64,000 nucleotides of DNA. It comes from an uncultured Eubacteriales bacterium (GTDB lineage Bacteria; Bacillota; Clostridia; TANB77; CAG-508). The translations under genes were made by a program, and so were the position numbers. The first letter of the stretch is position 1. Each line of letters starts with the position of its first letter. The notes beneath the pieces are model-generated. The model was not told the origin of the DNA and searched no databases. It saw nothing but the letters and a program-made list of their open reading frames with translations. Location: contig CASFHP010000001.1 of assembly GCA_949294555.1 (NCBI GenBank), forward strand, positions 19,070 through 83,069. The letters run 5' to 3'. Below are positions 44,904 to 53,971 of the stretch, piece after piece.

Positions 44904-45206
44904 TTACCAGACAGACTTTGTCGCATCAACGTCCGCATAGTATCCAGCTCTGCTGGAATTTTCGCGGTTGTATCGACACTTGGGGTTAGTTGCATCAAAG
45001 CAACTTTTCCCACAGGCCCGAGTATTCATGCAGAATGCATGAAATGCTCCGTGTTCGTCTGTAGTGCCATAGTATCCATATACATGGCACCCATTATTCA
45101 GCAGGATATCCATACACATATCCCATGAGGGCTGGATTTCTCCAACCTTTTGTCTGGTCCCGGCGAGGAAAACGTCGGATCCAAAAAACTCAATCTTCCT
45201 CATCAT
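44904..45206 (-). CDS. Cys-rich hypothetical protein (100 aa) on a GC-rich cassette
   Basis: Strong RBS AAGGAGGGAG upstream of ATGATG. The coding region is clearly more GC-rich than its surroundings. No family recognised (..CHVYGYYGTTDEHGAFHAFCMNTRACGKSCFDATNPKC..). Confidence 0.6.
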   Translation of the reverse strand: MMRKIEFFGSDVFLAGTRQKVGEIQPSWDMCMDILLNNGCHVYGYYGTTDEHGAFHAFCMNTRACGKSCFDATNPKCRYNRENSSRAGYYADVDATKSVW

Positions 45207-45310
45207 GAGTTCTCCCTCCTTATTTCAGGAAGAAAGTCCATTGCTGGACTTGTTACACCACACAAATAAGTTGTGGCTAAGTTACAAAAGGCGAAAGCCT
45301 TATTCAATTT

Positions 45311-45339
45311 ATTATACCATAAAAAAGTAGATTTTTCAA
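45311..45339 (-). promoter_or_regulatory. minus-strand sigma-A promoter (TTGAAA-17-TATAAT with TGn) for the Cys-rich gene
   Basis: Plus-strand TTTCAA at 45334-45339 and ATTATA at 45311-45316, spacer 17. Leaves a structured leader of about 100 nt. Confidence 0.55.
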
Positions 45340-45431
45340 CGCATAAAAGCTAGTATTTAAAAACTATGTTCGTGAAATATAAGAAGATGAAGATTTATAA
45401 AATAAATAAAAGGCTATGATTAGCCTTAAAT

Positions 45432-45608
45432 TTAATAAGAATATAGAACATCTTCAATAATATCCGCAATTTCAGAAACAGAATGATCGGATTGAATTAA
45501 AAAATTTGGATGTCCTTTAAATTCTCCATTGTAAATAGAAATAGTGATTTGACCAGTCATATTACCAACAACTCTACTATCTTTATCATGCAATTTTACA
45601 ACATTCAT
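45432..45608 (-). CDS. small hypothetical protein (58 aa)
   Basis: Not in the ORF track. RBS AAAAGGGGG upstream of ATG (45606-45608). Encodes MNVVKLHDKDSRVVGNMTGQITISIYNGEFKGHPNFLIQSDHSVSEIADIIEDVLYSY. The overlapping plus-strand ORF 45510..45782 has no RBS. Confidence 0.5.
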   Translation of the reverse strand: MNVVKLHDKDSRVVGNMTGQITISIYNGEFKGHPNFLIQSDHSVSEIADIIEDVLYSY

Positions 45609-45778
45609 GGAATTACCCCCTTTTCATTGGTTCATAATTCCTATTATAGCAAAACAAAAAGTAAAAAAATGTCGAAACTTGTCATTAATGTAAAAAAATA
45701 TAAAAAATTTTATAAACTATGGCAAAAAAAAGAAAATATGCGGTATAATAAAATAAAAACTTTAGGAGAAGAATGCCA

Positions 45779-46474
45779 ATGAAAAAATTAGTCGTCATCA
45801 TTATTGTTTTATTAATCATATTTATCGGAATGTACATATATAGGCAAAATCAAATTACGATCAACAGGAACAATGAAATAACGGTTGATGAAATTAATAA
45901 AATTGAAACATACTTACAAAAAATATATATGTGGAAAGAAATTACAGGAGAAGCATTGCCGACTTTTGATAATATTAATAATGCACCAGATGTATGGCTA
46001 TGGGAAGTTGTTAAGAAAAACTTAGAAGAATATGAATTATCTTATGAACAATTGCAAGATAAAGCAAAAGAAATTTTTGGAAATGACTTACAAAAAGAAT
46101 TTCCAAAAGAAGGCTATGAATACATGGAATATAATGAAGAAACAGATACCTATTATGCGATAGGAAGTGGTTTAGATAATCAAGAAGACGTCTTTTTATT
46201 AGATACGATACAAAGAAAAGAAAATGGATATACTGTTCAAATTGTAGAATATTTAGAAGATTATTCAGAAGGAATTGAGACAACAAATACAGAATACAAT
46301 ATTCAAATAAAAAATTTGAATGATGAAATAATTGGTACAGTAAAAAACACAGAAGATGAAACTAATATACAACAAATTGTAAAAGATAATATAGATAGAT
46401 TTAGCAAAAAAGAAGTAACTTTAAAAACAGATGAAAGCGGAAATATATATGTAACAAGTGTGCAGAATGTTTAA
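45779..46474 (+). CDS. hypothetical membrane-anchored protein (231 aa)
   Basis: Start at ATG 45779, 9 nt after AGGAGA. N-terminal TM helix KKLVVIIIVLLIIFIGMYIY. Confidence 0.55.
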   Translation: MKKLVVIIIVLLIIFIGMYIYRQNQITINRNNEITVDEINKIETYLQKIYMWKEITGEALPTFDNINNAPDVWLWEVVKKNLEEYELSYEQLQDKAKEIFGNDLQKEFPKEGYEYMEYNEETDTYYAIGSGLDNQEDVFLLDTIQRKENGYTVQIVEYLEDYSEGIETTNTEYNIQIKNLNDEIIGTVKNTEDETNIQQIVKDNIDRFSKKEVTLKTDESGNIYVTSVQNV

Positions 46475-46551
46475 GAAAAATTGAAAGACTTTATAGATAT
46501 AGACATTGTAGTTAACCAGATTTGTGACTTATAAATGGAAAGGAAGAAAAA

Positions 46552-47436
46552 ATGGATTTAACAAAATGCGAAATATGTCCACATAAATGTGGTGTAAATA
46601 GAACGAAAAATGAAATTGGTAGATGTAAAAGTACAGACAAAATAAAAATTGCATTATATTCGTTACATCATTTTGAAGAACCTTGTATTAGTGGAAAACA
46701 CGGCTCAGGAACTGTGTTTTTTTCAAATTGTAATTTAAATTGTATCTATTGTCAAAACTATGAAATCAGTCAACAAGGAAAGGGAAGAGAAATCTCAATA
46801 GAACAATTAGCAGATATCATGATAGAACAACAAAATAGACAAGCAGAAAATATCAATCTGGTGACACCTACAAGTTATGCACTTCAAATTATAGAAGCAA
46901 TTAAAATTGCAAAGAAAAGCGGATTAACAATTCCCATTATCTATAACACAAATGGATATGAAAATGTAGAAACTTTAAAATTGCTAGAAGGATATGTTGA
47001 TGTTTATTTACCAGATTTAAAATATTATGATAATGCAATTGGCAAAAAATATTCTAAAATTGATAATTATTTTGAAATTGCAACAAAGGCAATTCAAGAA
47101 ATGTATAGACAAGTTGGAAGTCCTAAATTTGATGAACAGGGTATGATACAAAAAGGTTTGATGATAAGGCATTTGGTATTACCCAATAATATTGAAAACA
47201 GTAAGAAAATTTTGAAATGGTTAAAAGATAACATAGATGAAGATGTGTATATCGATATCATGGCACAATATTTTCCTACATATAAAGCAAAAGAATCAGA
47301 AGATTTGAATAGAAAGTTGACAAAAGAAGAATATGAGGAGATTGAAGAATTTGTGTATGTATTAGATATTAAAAATGGATATATGCAAGATTTGGGTGAG
47401 CATGAGGAAAAATTTGTTCCTAAATGGGAGGACTGA
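46552..47436 (+). CDS. radical SAM protein (PflX-like, pyruvate formate-lyase activase homolog)
   Basis: CEICPHKCGVNR N-terminal Cys cluster and radical-SAM CNLNCIYCQN (CX3CX2C). Confidence 0.75.
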   Translation: MDLTKCEICPHKCGVNRTKNEIGRCKSTDKIKIALYSLHHFEEPCISGKHGSGTVFFSNCNLNCIYCQNYEISQQGKGREISIEQLADIMIEQQNRQAENINLVTPTSYALQIIEAIKIAKKSGLTIPIIYNTNGYENVETLKLLEGYVDVYLPDLKYYDNAIGKKYSKIDNYFEIATKAIQEMYRQVGSPKFDEQGMIQKGLMIRHLVLPNNIENSKKILKWLKDNIDEDVYIDIMAQYFPTYKAKESEDLNRKLTKEEYEEIEEFVYVLDIKNGYMQDLGEHEEKFVPKWED

Positions 47437-47448
47437 AGTGCTTGAAAC

Positions 47449-47613
47449 ATAATTGCGTTTTGGCGTCGTTAAGCTTCATTTTGAATAAATTCAACGTGCA
47501 AAAAGCACGCCTCATTTATTCAAAATTCGCTTGCCAGCTATGCATACTGACCTTGTAACAGGCAAAGCCTTAACAAGCTCAGCATAGCCAAAATCACAAT
47601 TCTTTTTCAAGCA
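47449..47613. repeat. about 165-nt nested-palindrome intergenic element (structured RNA or MITE-like)
   Basis: Outer imperfect IR is GCTTGAAACATAATTGCGTTTTGGC / GCCAAAATCACAATTCTTTTTCAAGC. It encloses two hairpins. One is TTTTGAATAAAT..ATTTATTCAAAA with inner CGTGC-AAAAA-GCACG. The other is GCTATGC..GCATAGC with CTTGT..ACAAG and GGC-AAA-GCC. Confidence 0.6.
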
Positions 47614-47641
47614 AATTGTGATTTGAGAAGGGAATGCAAAA

Positions 47642-48892
47642 ATGAATATAAAAAATTATATAGAGAACTTAACAAATGGAAAAGCGGATAATTTGTCAGT
47701 GAAAAAGATGAAAAGAATAATGGGACTATTGGGAAATCCACAGGATAAATTGAAATTCGTTCATGTAACGGGAACCAATGGAAAGGGCAGTATTATTGAA
47801 ATGTTAAATAGCATTTTAGTAAATGCAAATTTAAAAGTGGGAAAATTTATTTCGCCACATTTAGTTAAATATAATGAAAGAATTAGTATAAATTATCAAA
47901 ATATACAAGATGAAGAAATACAAGAACTATATAAAGAATTAGAAAAAGTGCTAGAAAAAGAAAATATAGAAATCAGTTTTTTTGAGTTTTTTACAGTAAT
48001 AGCGTTTATGTATTTTTATAAGCAAAAAGTAGATATTGTTTTAATGGAAGTAGGATTAGGTGGTTTATATGATAGTACAAATGTAATTTATCCAATGATT
48101 TCTGTCATCAGTTCTATTGGATATGACCATATGCAAGTTTTAGGAAATACATTAGAAGAAATTGCAAAACAAAAAGCAGGGATAATCAAAGAACATTCTA
48201 TAACTGTATACATGGAGCAAAAACCAGAAATAGACAAAATTATGATAGAAACTTCTAAAGAAAAACAGAATACTTTGCATTTGATACAAAAAGAAGAAAT
48301 AAAAAATCCGAGATTAGAAAATAGCTTTGAAAAATTTGATTATAAACAATATCATGATGTAGAGGTAAATTTAAAGGGAAAAAGACAAATCCAAAATGCA
48401 ACAATTGTGTTAGAATGTTGTGATATTTTGAAACAGAAGGGATATCCTATTACAGAAGAAGCCATCAGGCATGGATTAAAAACAGCTATCCATAAAGCTA
48501 GATTTGAAATCATACACGAAAATCCAACAATTATATTTGATGGAGGACATAATGAACAAGCTATTCAAAATTTGAAAGAAACCATCAATCTGTATTACAA
48601 AAAAGAAAAGAAAATTTATGTGATTTCAGTATTGAAGTCTAAAGATTATAAAACAATTTTAGATGAGATGATAGAAGAGGAAAACATATATATTTTTACA
48701 AATGGAAATGATAAAAAGAGATATACAGATAATCATTTGATGTATGATTATACAAAACAAATTAATCAAAGTGTGGAAATATATCAGATGGAATTAGAAG
48801 AGGCTATCCAATTTTGCAAAGAAAAGACAGACTATGTTTCTTTTATTATTGGTTCATTTTATATTTATGAGGATGTGAAAAAAATAGTATAA
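47642..48892 (+). CDS. folC: folylpolyglutamate synthase/dihydrofolate synthase
   Basis: P-loop HVTGTNGKGS, ..EVGLGGLYDSTNV.., ..GYDHMQVLGNTLEEIAKQKAGIIK.. Confidence 0.9.
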   Translation: MNIKNYIENLTNGKADNLSVKKMKRIMGLLGNPQDKLKFVHVTGTNGKGSIIEMLNSILVNANLKVGKFISPHLVKYNERISINYQNIQDEEIQELYKELEKVLEKENIEISFFEFFTVIAFMYFYKQKVDIVLMEVGLGGLYDSTNVIYPMISVISSIGYDHMQVLGNTLEEIAKQKAGIIKEHSITVYMEQKPEIDKIMIETSKEKQNTLHLIQKEEIKNPRLENSFEKFDYKQYHDVEVNLKGKRQIQNATIVLECCDILKQKGYPITEEAIRHGLKTAIHKARFEIIHENPTIIFDGGHNEQAIQNLKETINLYYKKEKKIYVISVLKSKDYKTILDEMIEEENIYIFTNGNDKKRYTDNHLMYDYTKQINQSVEIYQMELEEAIQFCKEKTDYVSFIIGSFYIYEDVKKIV

Positions 48893-49005
48893 TGTTAGCA
48901 ATATTTAGTAATAGATATTGAATTGTAAAATTTGGACAAAAGAACTTGTAAAAAAATATAAAGTTTGATATATTGAAAAAAATAAAATAATAGGAGGAAT
49001 TAAAA

Positions 49006-49863
49006 ATGACACAGGCAGACGAACAATTTATAAAAACTTGCAAAGAAATCATAAAAAATGGGTATTCATCAAAAGGAACAAATGTAAGAACAAGATGGGA
49101 TGATGGAGAAGAAGCCAATTATTATTCAATTGTAGGTGTACAAAATAAATATGATGTTGGAAAAGAATTTCCAATGATAACATTAAGAAACAATACAAAA
49201 ACATATAAAAATGCTATAGATGAAATTTTATGGATATGGCAAAAAAAATCTAATAAAATCAGTGAATTACATTCTCATATATGGGATCAATGGGCAAATG
49301 AAGAAGGAACAATTGGAAAAGCATATGGATATCAATTAGGAAAAAAATATGAATTTAAAACAAAAGAAGGTATAAAAGTCATGGACCAAGTAGATTATGT
49401 TTTATATCTATTAAAACATGACCAATCAAGTAGAAGAATAATGACAAACCTATTTAACCATGAAGAATTAAAAGATATGGAATTAGAACCATGTGCTTAT
49501 GGAACGCAATGGTTAGTAAAAGAAGGAAAATTACATTTAATATTAAACCAACGTTCACAAGATATGTTAACAGCAAATGGCTGGAATTTAATGCAATATG
49601 CAGCTTTACAATATATGTTTGCACAAGTATCTGGTTTAGAAGTAGGAACATTAACACACAACATTGGAGATTGTCACATTTATGATAGACATATCCCATT
49701 AGTTGAAAAATTATTAGAAGCAGAACCAATGGATGTAACACCAAAATTAGTTATCAAAAATCCAACAAAAGATTTCTATGAATTCAAAGTAGAAGATTTT
49801 GAAGTAGAAGGATATGATTATAATAAAGAAGTAAAAATTGGTAAAATACCAGTTGCTATTTAA
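49006..49863 (+). CDS. thyA: thymidylate synthase (ThyA)
   Basis: Collinear with B. subtilis ThyA: ..ILWIWQKKSN..HIWDQWANEEGTIGKAYGYQLGKK..SSRRIMTNLFN..LEPCAYGTQWLVKEGKLHL..IGDCHIYDRHI... Confidence 0.95.
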   Translation: MTQADEQFIKTCKEIIKNGYSSKGTNVRTRWDDGEEANYYSIVGVQNKYDVGKEFPMITLRNNTKTYKNAIDEILWIWQKKSNKISELHSHIWDQWANEEGTIGKAYGYQLGKKYEFKTKEGIKVMDQVDYVLYLLKHDQSSRRIMTNLFNHEELKDMELEPCAYGTQWLVKEGKLHLILNQRSQDMLTANGWNLMQYAALQYMFAQVSGLEVGTLTHNIGDCHIYDRHIPLVEKLLEAEPMDVTPKLVIKNPTKDFYEFKVEDFEVEGYDYNKEVKIGKIPVAI

Positions 49864-49905
49864 TTTATAAAAAATAGAAAGGGATTAGACGAAAGGAAAA
49901 GTAAA

Positions 49906-50409
49906 ATGTTAAGTATCATAGTAGCAAAAGCAAAAAACAATGTAATAGGAAAAGACAACAAATTAATATGGCATTTATCAGATGATTTAAAAAGATTTAA
50001 AAAATTAACAACAGGACATACTATTATCATGGGGAGAAAAACATTTGAATCACTAGGAAGAGTACTACCAAATAGAAAACACATTGTATTTACACAAAAT
50101 CCAGATTTTAAAGTAAATGATGAAAATGTAGAAATTGTACATTCCATGTTACAAATACAAGAATATATCGAAAATGAAGAAGAAGCATTTGTGATAGGTG
50201 GGGCAGTCATTTATAATTTATTAATGCCATATGTGAAAAAAATGTATGTAACAGAAATTGATGAAGAATTTGACGGAGACGCTTTCTTTCCAAGAATAGA
50301 TGAAACAAAATGGAAAGAGGTTAGCAGAGAAAAAGGTCCAGAAGATGAAGAAAATAAATTTACATATGAATATGTAACTTATTGTCCAATTGGGGACGTT
50401 TCTTTTTGA
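49906..50409 (+). CDS. folA: dihydrofolate reductase
   Basis: MLSIIVAKAKNNVIGKDNKLIWHLSDDLKRFKKLTTGHTIIMGRKTFESLG..VIGGAVIY. The last ~9 codons lie inside the left arm of the 50384 palindromic element. Confidence 0.9.
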   Translation: MLSIIVAKAKNNVIGKDNKLIWHLSDDLKRFKKLTTGHTIIMGRKTFESLGRVLPNRKHIVFTQNPDFKVNDENVEIVHSMLQIQEYIENEEEAFVIGGAVIYNLLMPYVKKMYVTEIDEEFDGDAFFPRIDETKWKEVSREKGPEDEENKFTYEYVTYCPIGDVSF

Positions 50410-50659
50410 GACATTTTTATGTAAAGTTACAGCTGAGTCTAGATCAAAATTGAGGCTGAATAAATTCTAAAATAGAAAAATAAAAAATGAAATAATTTTA
50501 TATAAGTTGAATTTTTTAGATTAAATTTATATATATAAAATTATTTCATTTTTTGTGTTATATATTCTTTAATAATTTTTAGCAGAAAGAGTCAATTAAA
50601 TAATTTCAGAGTGCAACTTTACATAAAAATGTCTCAAAAAGAAACGTCCCCAATTGGAC
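50384..50659. repeat. MITE-like element: perfect 45-bp terminal inverted repeats around a 186-bp AT-rich core with an inner 23-bp palindrome
   Basis: GTCCAATTGGGGACGTTTCTTTTTGAGACATTTTTATGTAAAGTT (50384-50428) and its exact reverse complement (50615-50659). Inner palindrome AAAAAATGAAATAATTTTATATA / TATATAAAATTATTTCATTTTTT. Confidence 0.85.
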
Positions 50660-50711
50660 AGATTAAAAAGTCCGTTTTTTGGTTAAACTAAGTCCTGAAA
50701 GGATGATTTAG

Positions 50712-51710
50712 ATGTTTAAACCAAAAGCGATTTATTTTGAAAAAGATATTGTGAATTATGAACTAGGAAAAGAGTTAATGGAAAAATATAAAGAAGTTCC
50801 AAAAGTAGAAATTGAAAACCATAATAATATAGAAGAGATGAGAAAAAAATCGAATAAAGAATTTATGGATATGAAACGTAATTTAATTATTGGTGTTAGA
50901 AAAACACATAAATTTGTTCCTAATCATAAAACTTCAGATTTTTTAGTTCCATATACTTCTTCAGGCTGTACAGCTGCTTGTATGTATTGCTACCTAGTGT
51001 GTAATTATAATAAATGTGCATACTTAAGATTATTTGTTAATAGAGAAAAAATGCTAGAAAAAATTATTAAGACAAGTGAAACTTCGGAAAAAGAATTAAC
51101 TTTTGAAATTGGCAGTAATAGTGATTTGATATTAGAAAATACAATTACAAATAATTTAGTTTGGACAATAGAAAATTTTAAAGCTACGAAAAAAGGATTT
51201 TTAACATTGCCAACCAAGTTTTCTATGGTAGATGATATATTGGATTTAGACCATAGAGGAAAAGTCATTATTAGAATGAGTGTAAATCCTAAAGAAATTA
51301 TTAATCGTGTCGAGTTTGGAACTTCAAGATTAGATGAAAGAATAGAGGCAATTAATAAATTAAGTGAAGCAGGATATAAAGTGGGAATTTTAATTGCACC
51401 TGTTATTATGGTGGAAAATTGGAAAGAATTATATAAAGAATTAATTATAGAATTAGATAATAAACTTTCTAAAAAAGCAAAGCAACAAGTATTTTTTGAG
51501 ATTATTTTTATGACATATAGTTTTGTGCATACAAAGATTAATGAAGAAGCTTTTCCAAGTGCCATTCAAATATATGATAAAGAAAAAATGCAGGGAAGAG
51601 GAAAAGGAAAGTATATGTATAAAACAGAGTTAAGAGAAGAGGGAAAAAAGTTCTTACTAGAAGAAATGCAAAAGTATTTTAAAGATAATACAATTGAATA
51701 TATGGTGTAG
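50712..51710 (+). CDS. splB: spore photoproduct lyase
   Basis: 332 aa, radical-SAM cluster CTAACMYC (CX3CX2C), SplB-like N-terminus FKPKAIYFEKDIVNYELGKELMEKY. Confidence 0.8.
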   Translation: MFKPKAIYFEKDIVNYELGKELMEKYKEVPKVEIENHNNIEEMRKKSNKEFMDMKRNLIIGVRKTHKFVPNHKTSDFLVPYTSSGCTAACMYCYLVCNYNKCAYLRLFVNREKMLEKIIKTSETSEKELTFEIGSNSDLILENTITNNLVWTIENFKATKKGFLTLPTKFSMVDDILDLDHRGKVIIRMSVNPKEIINRVEFGTSRLDERIEAINKLSEAGYKVGILIAPVIMVENWKELYKELIIELDNKLSKKAKQQVFFEIIFMTYSFVHTKINEEAFPSAIQIYDKEKMQGRGKGKYMYKTELREEGKKFLLEEMQKYFKDNTIEYMV

Positions 51711-51744
51711 GTTGGACTGTTAGGGCTGACGTGTCAAAATGAAC

Positions 51745-51819
51745 AAAAGGTGACTTTGGGGCGGAACGATGATTTTTGCTCAGTCCCCAAATCATCGTTC
51801 CGCCCCAAAGTCACCTTTT
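51745..51819. terminator. 31-bp perfect-stem hairpin between convergent genes; its centre is a family-A repeat core
   Basis: AAAAGGTGACTTTGGGGCGGAACGATGATTT (51745-51775) pairs with 51789-51819. Centre GATGATTTTTGCTCAGTCCCCAAATCATC resembles GATGATTTTTTGCTCCGTCCCCAAAATCATC of the 18812/55230 elements. Confidence 0.8.
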
Positions 51820-53441
51820 TAATTTTCAAATACTGGGTATCCGTTATTTTCATTTTTAATATCTTGCTTCCATACAGTGGATTCATTCAATGTATTTAAT
51901 AAGTCTATAAAATCCGGTCCTTTCATAAAATCCTCATCCGCTGATTCGGCTTGATTTTCTATGTCTTCTCCGTTTATTCCACCATTATAAGTTCCTTGTA
52001 AATAGTAGCAATTTTTTACAGTTCCAGCATTTGTTCCTGCAATGGATCCTCCATTTGAATTAGCCGTTACTGTTCCGATGTTATAACTATAATACAATTC
52101 TCCTCCTGAGCCATTCCATATTTCAATACTTCCTGAAATTCCACCTATTGAGGATTCTCCCTTTATATTTCCAACGTTATAGCAATTTCTTACTATAACA
52201 CCAGAATTATAATACATTCTTCCAATGACACCGCCAATTTTGGTATTTCCATTTATTTCTCCGTAGTTTACTGATTTTTCTACTATTCCATAAGAAAGTC
52301 TACCTATGATTCCTCCAACTTCTGAGTTACCTGATATATTTCCATAATTTTTATTGCTTGAAGAAGGATGATAAGAACCCCAAGTGTTTCCTACGATACC
52401 ACCTACAAGAGTATTTCCTGTAACTGTTGCATAATTTATATTGTTAGCATTTAGAGCATCTAGTCTACCCGCAATTCCTCCAACTTGATTATTACCAGTT
52501 ATGTAGCCAGAAACAGAACAATCAGTTACAGGAACATATCCTGAAGCTTGTCCTATTATTCCGCCAACATAATTATTACCTTTTATTTGTACATCTTCTA
52601 AATTCAAATGTTCTATTCTACTACTATATGAATTTATATAACCAAAAAATCCAATATAATCATTTGAAGAATTTATAAAAAGATGGCCTATGGAATGACC
52701 ATTTCCTAAAAAAGAACCTTGAAAATAATTAGTAGTATTTCCAATTGAAACAAATCCTACATTTTCTGTCAATTCTTCCATTAATTCTTCTATTGATGAT
52801 TTACTTTCTATTTGACCAGCGACTGTAATACTGCCATTGATATATGAAAATGATGAGAGAAAATCTAAATCAATTGTTAATTCTATATATTTTTCAAAAT
52901 AGCTTTCACCAGAGTTTACAGCATTAGAAAATGCACATAGATCTTCTATACAGTTTATTTGGTATGGTTCATCGATAGTTCCAGCTAATGTTGCTCCTGT
53001 TGAACTTTTTGTTATATCTCCAGGATATTCATCTGTTACTTTACTGATTTCTACTGGTCCTGTTACATTTCCGTCAGTATCCACGTTATAAAATCTATTT
53101 GTTTCCTTAAAGTATACTATTAAATCATCGATATTTTTTACTACTTCTGTTACATTTGATCCAGTGTTGGAATCTAAGAAATTTTGTAAATCTTCTTTAG
53201 TTATATTTCCAAACTTATTTTGTCCCATAGCCTGTACTGTTGCAGTGTTTACAATTTCTTTTTCATCTGCAATTTCTGCTTCTTCTTTTGCATTTCCTGC
53301 ATTATTTATAATTCCATTGTCTCCAGTTATAGCACCAATAGTGATTCCTGCTAGAATTAATAAAACAATTATTGTTATAACAAGAGAAATCATTGTAATA
53401 CCAGTTTTATTGTATTTTAAATCATTAACAAATTTTCTCAT
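51819..53441 (-). CDS. prepilin-like N-terminus plus GLUG-motif repeat protein (540 aa)
   Basis: N-terminus NKTGITMISLVITIIVLLILAGITIGAI is type IV pilin/pseudopilin-like. C-terminal half has at least 6 GLUG-type repeats (VGGIIGQASG, VGGIAGRL, VGGIVGNT, VGGIIGRL, IGGVIGRM, IGGISGSI). Confidence 0.65.
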   Translation of the reverse strand: MRKFVNDLKYNKTGITMISLVITIIVLLILAGITIGAITGDNGIINNAGNAKEEAEIADEKEIVNTATVQAMGQNKFGNITKEDLQNFLDSNTGSNVTEVVKNIDDLIVYFKETNRFYNVDTDGNVTGPVEISKVTDEYPGDITKSSTGATLAGTIDEPYQINCIEDLCAFSNAVNSGESYFEKYIELTIDLDFLSSFSYINGSITVAGQIESKSSIEELMEELTENVGFVSIGNTTNYFQGSFLGNGHSIGHLFINSSNDYIGFFGYINSYSSRIEHLNLEDVQIKGNNYVGGIIGQASGYVPVTDCSVSGYITGNNQVGGIAGRLDALNANNINYATVTGNTLVGGIVGNTWGSYHPSSSNKNYGNISGNSEVGGIIGRLSYGIVEKSVNYGEINGNTKIGGVIGRMYYNSGVIVRNCYNVGNIKGESSIGGISGSIEIWNGSGGELYYSYNIGTVTANSNGGSIAGTNAGTVKNCYYLQGTYNGGINGEDIENQAESADEDFMKGPDFIDLLNTLNESTVWKQDIKNENNGYPVFEN

Positions 53442-53722
53442 AATCCATCTATTCCTTTCATTTTTCTTTTGATTTTTTGTGATATAAAAAATTGCTTTTA
53501 CATATATCAGAACATCGCTTAGCTCTAATACTTGTTCAGTAGATATAACTAGTTTGGCGAATTGAAGTAATTACATTGTAACACATCAAAATTTTCAATG
53601 CAACAAACTAGTTCGATAAATTGAAAATATTTTATATTTTTTTCAATGTGCCAAAGTAGTAGACAATTTCATTTATATATAATTTTATTGATTTTTAAGT
53701 TGTTTAAAGGAGAATTAATAAA

Positions 53723-53971
53723 ATGAAATTGTCAGATGCAATTCGAAAAAGAATTCAATTTTATTTGAAGGAAAAAAACATGAATGTATGGAAATTATGC
53801 AAAATGTCTGGGATACCATGTTCTACAATTTCAACTTTTATGAGTGGTAAAACAGAATTAATAAAATTAGATACGTTATTACATATGTGTGAAGGATTTG
53901 GTATTACATTAGGAGAATTTTTTACAGAGCCAATGTTTGATACTGCTGAACAAGATGAACAAAAAGACTAA
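53723..53971 (+). CDS. XRE-family HTH regulator (82 aa)
   Basis: NVWKLCKMSGIPCSTISTFMSGKTELIKLDTLLHMCEGFGITLGEFF. Same subfamily as the 10398 gene. Confidence 0.7.
   Translation: MKLSDAIRKRIQFYLKEKNMNVWKLCKMSGIPCSTISTFMSGKTELIKLDTLLHMCEGFGITLGEFFTEPMFDTAEQDEQKD

Noticed and set aside
44792-45128. Plus-strand ORFs 44792..44989 and 44874..45128 in the GC-rich cassette
   Set aside because: They have no RBS and cross the 16-bp terminator hairpin. The minus-strand ORF has a consensus RBS, a promoter and a terminator.
45510-45782. Plus-strand ORF 45510..45782 (90 aa)
   Set aside because: It has no RBS and a low-complexity translation. The opposite strand carries a 58-codon ORF with a strong RBS (45432..45608).
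47440-47641. THF riboswitch upstream of folC
   Set aside because: The location is suggestive, but the conserved THF-I core elements I remember are absent. The region is instead a nested palindrome resembling the other intergenic repeats. An Rfam scan would settle it.
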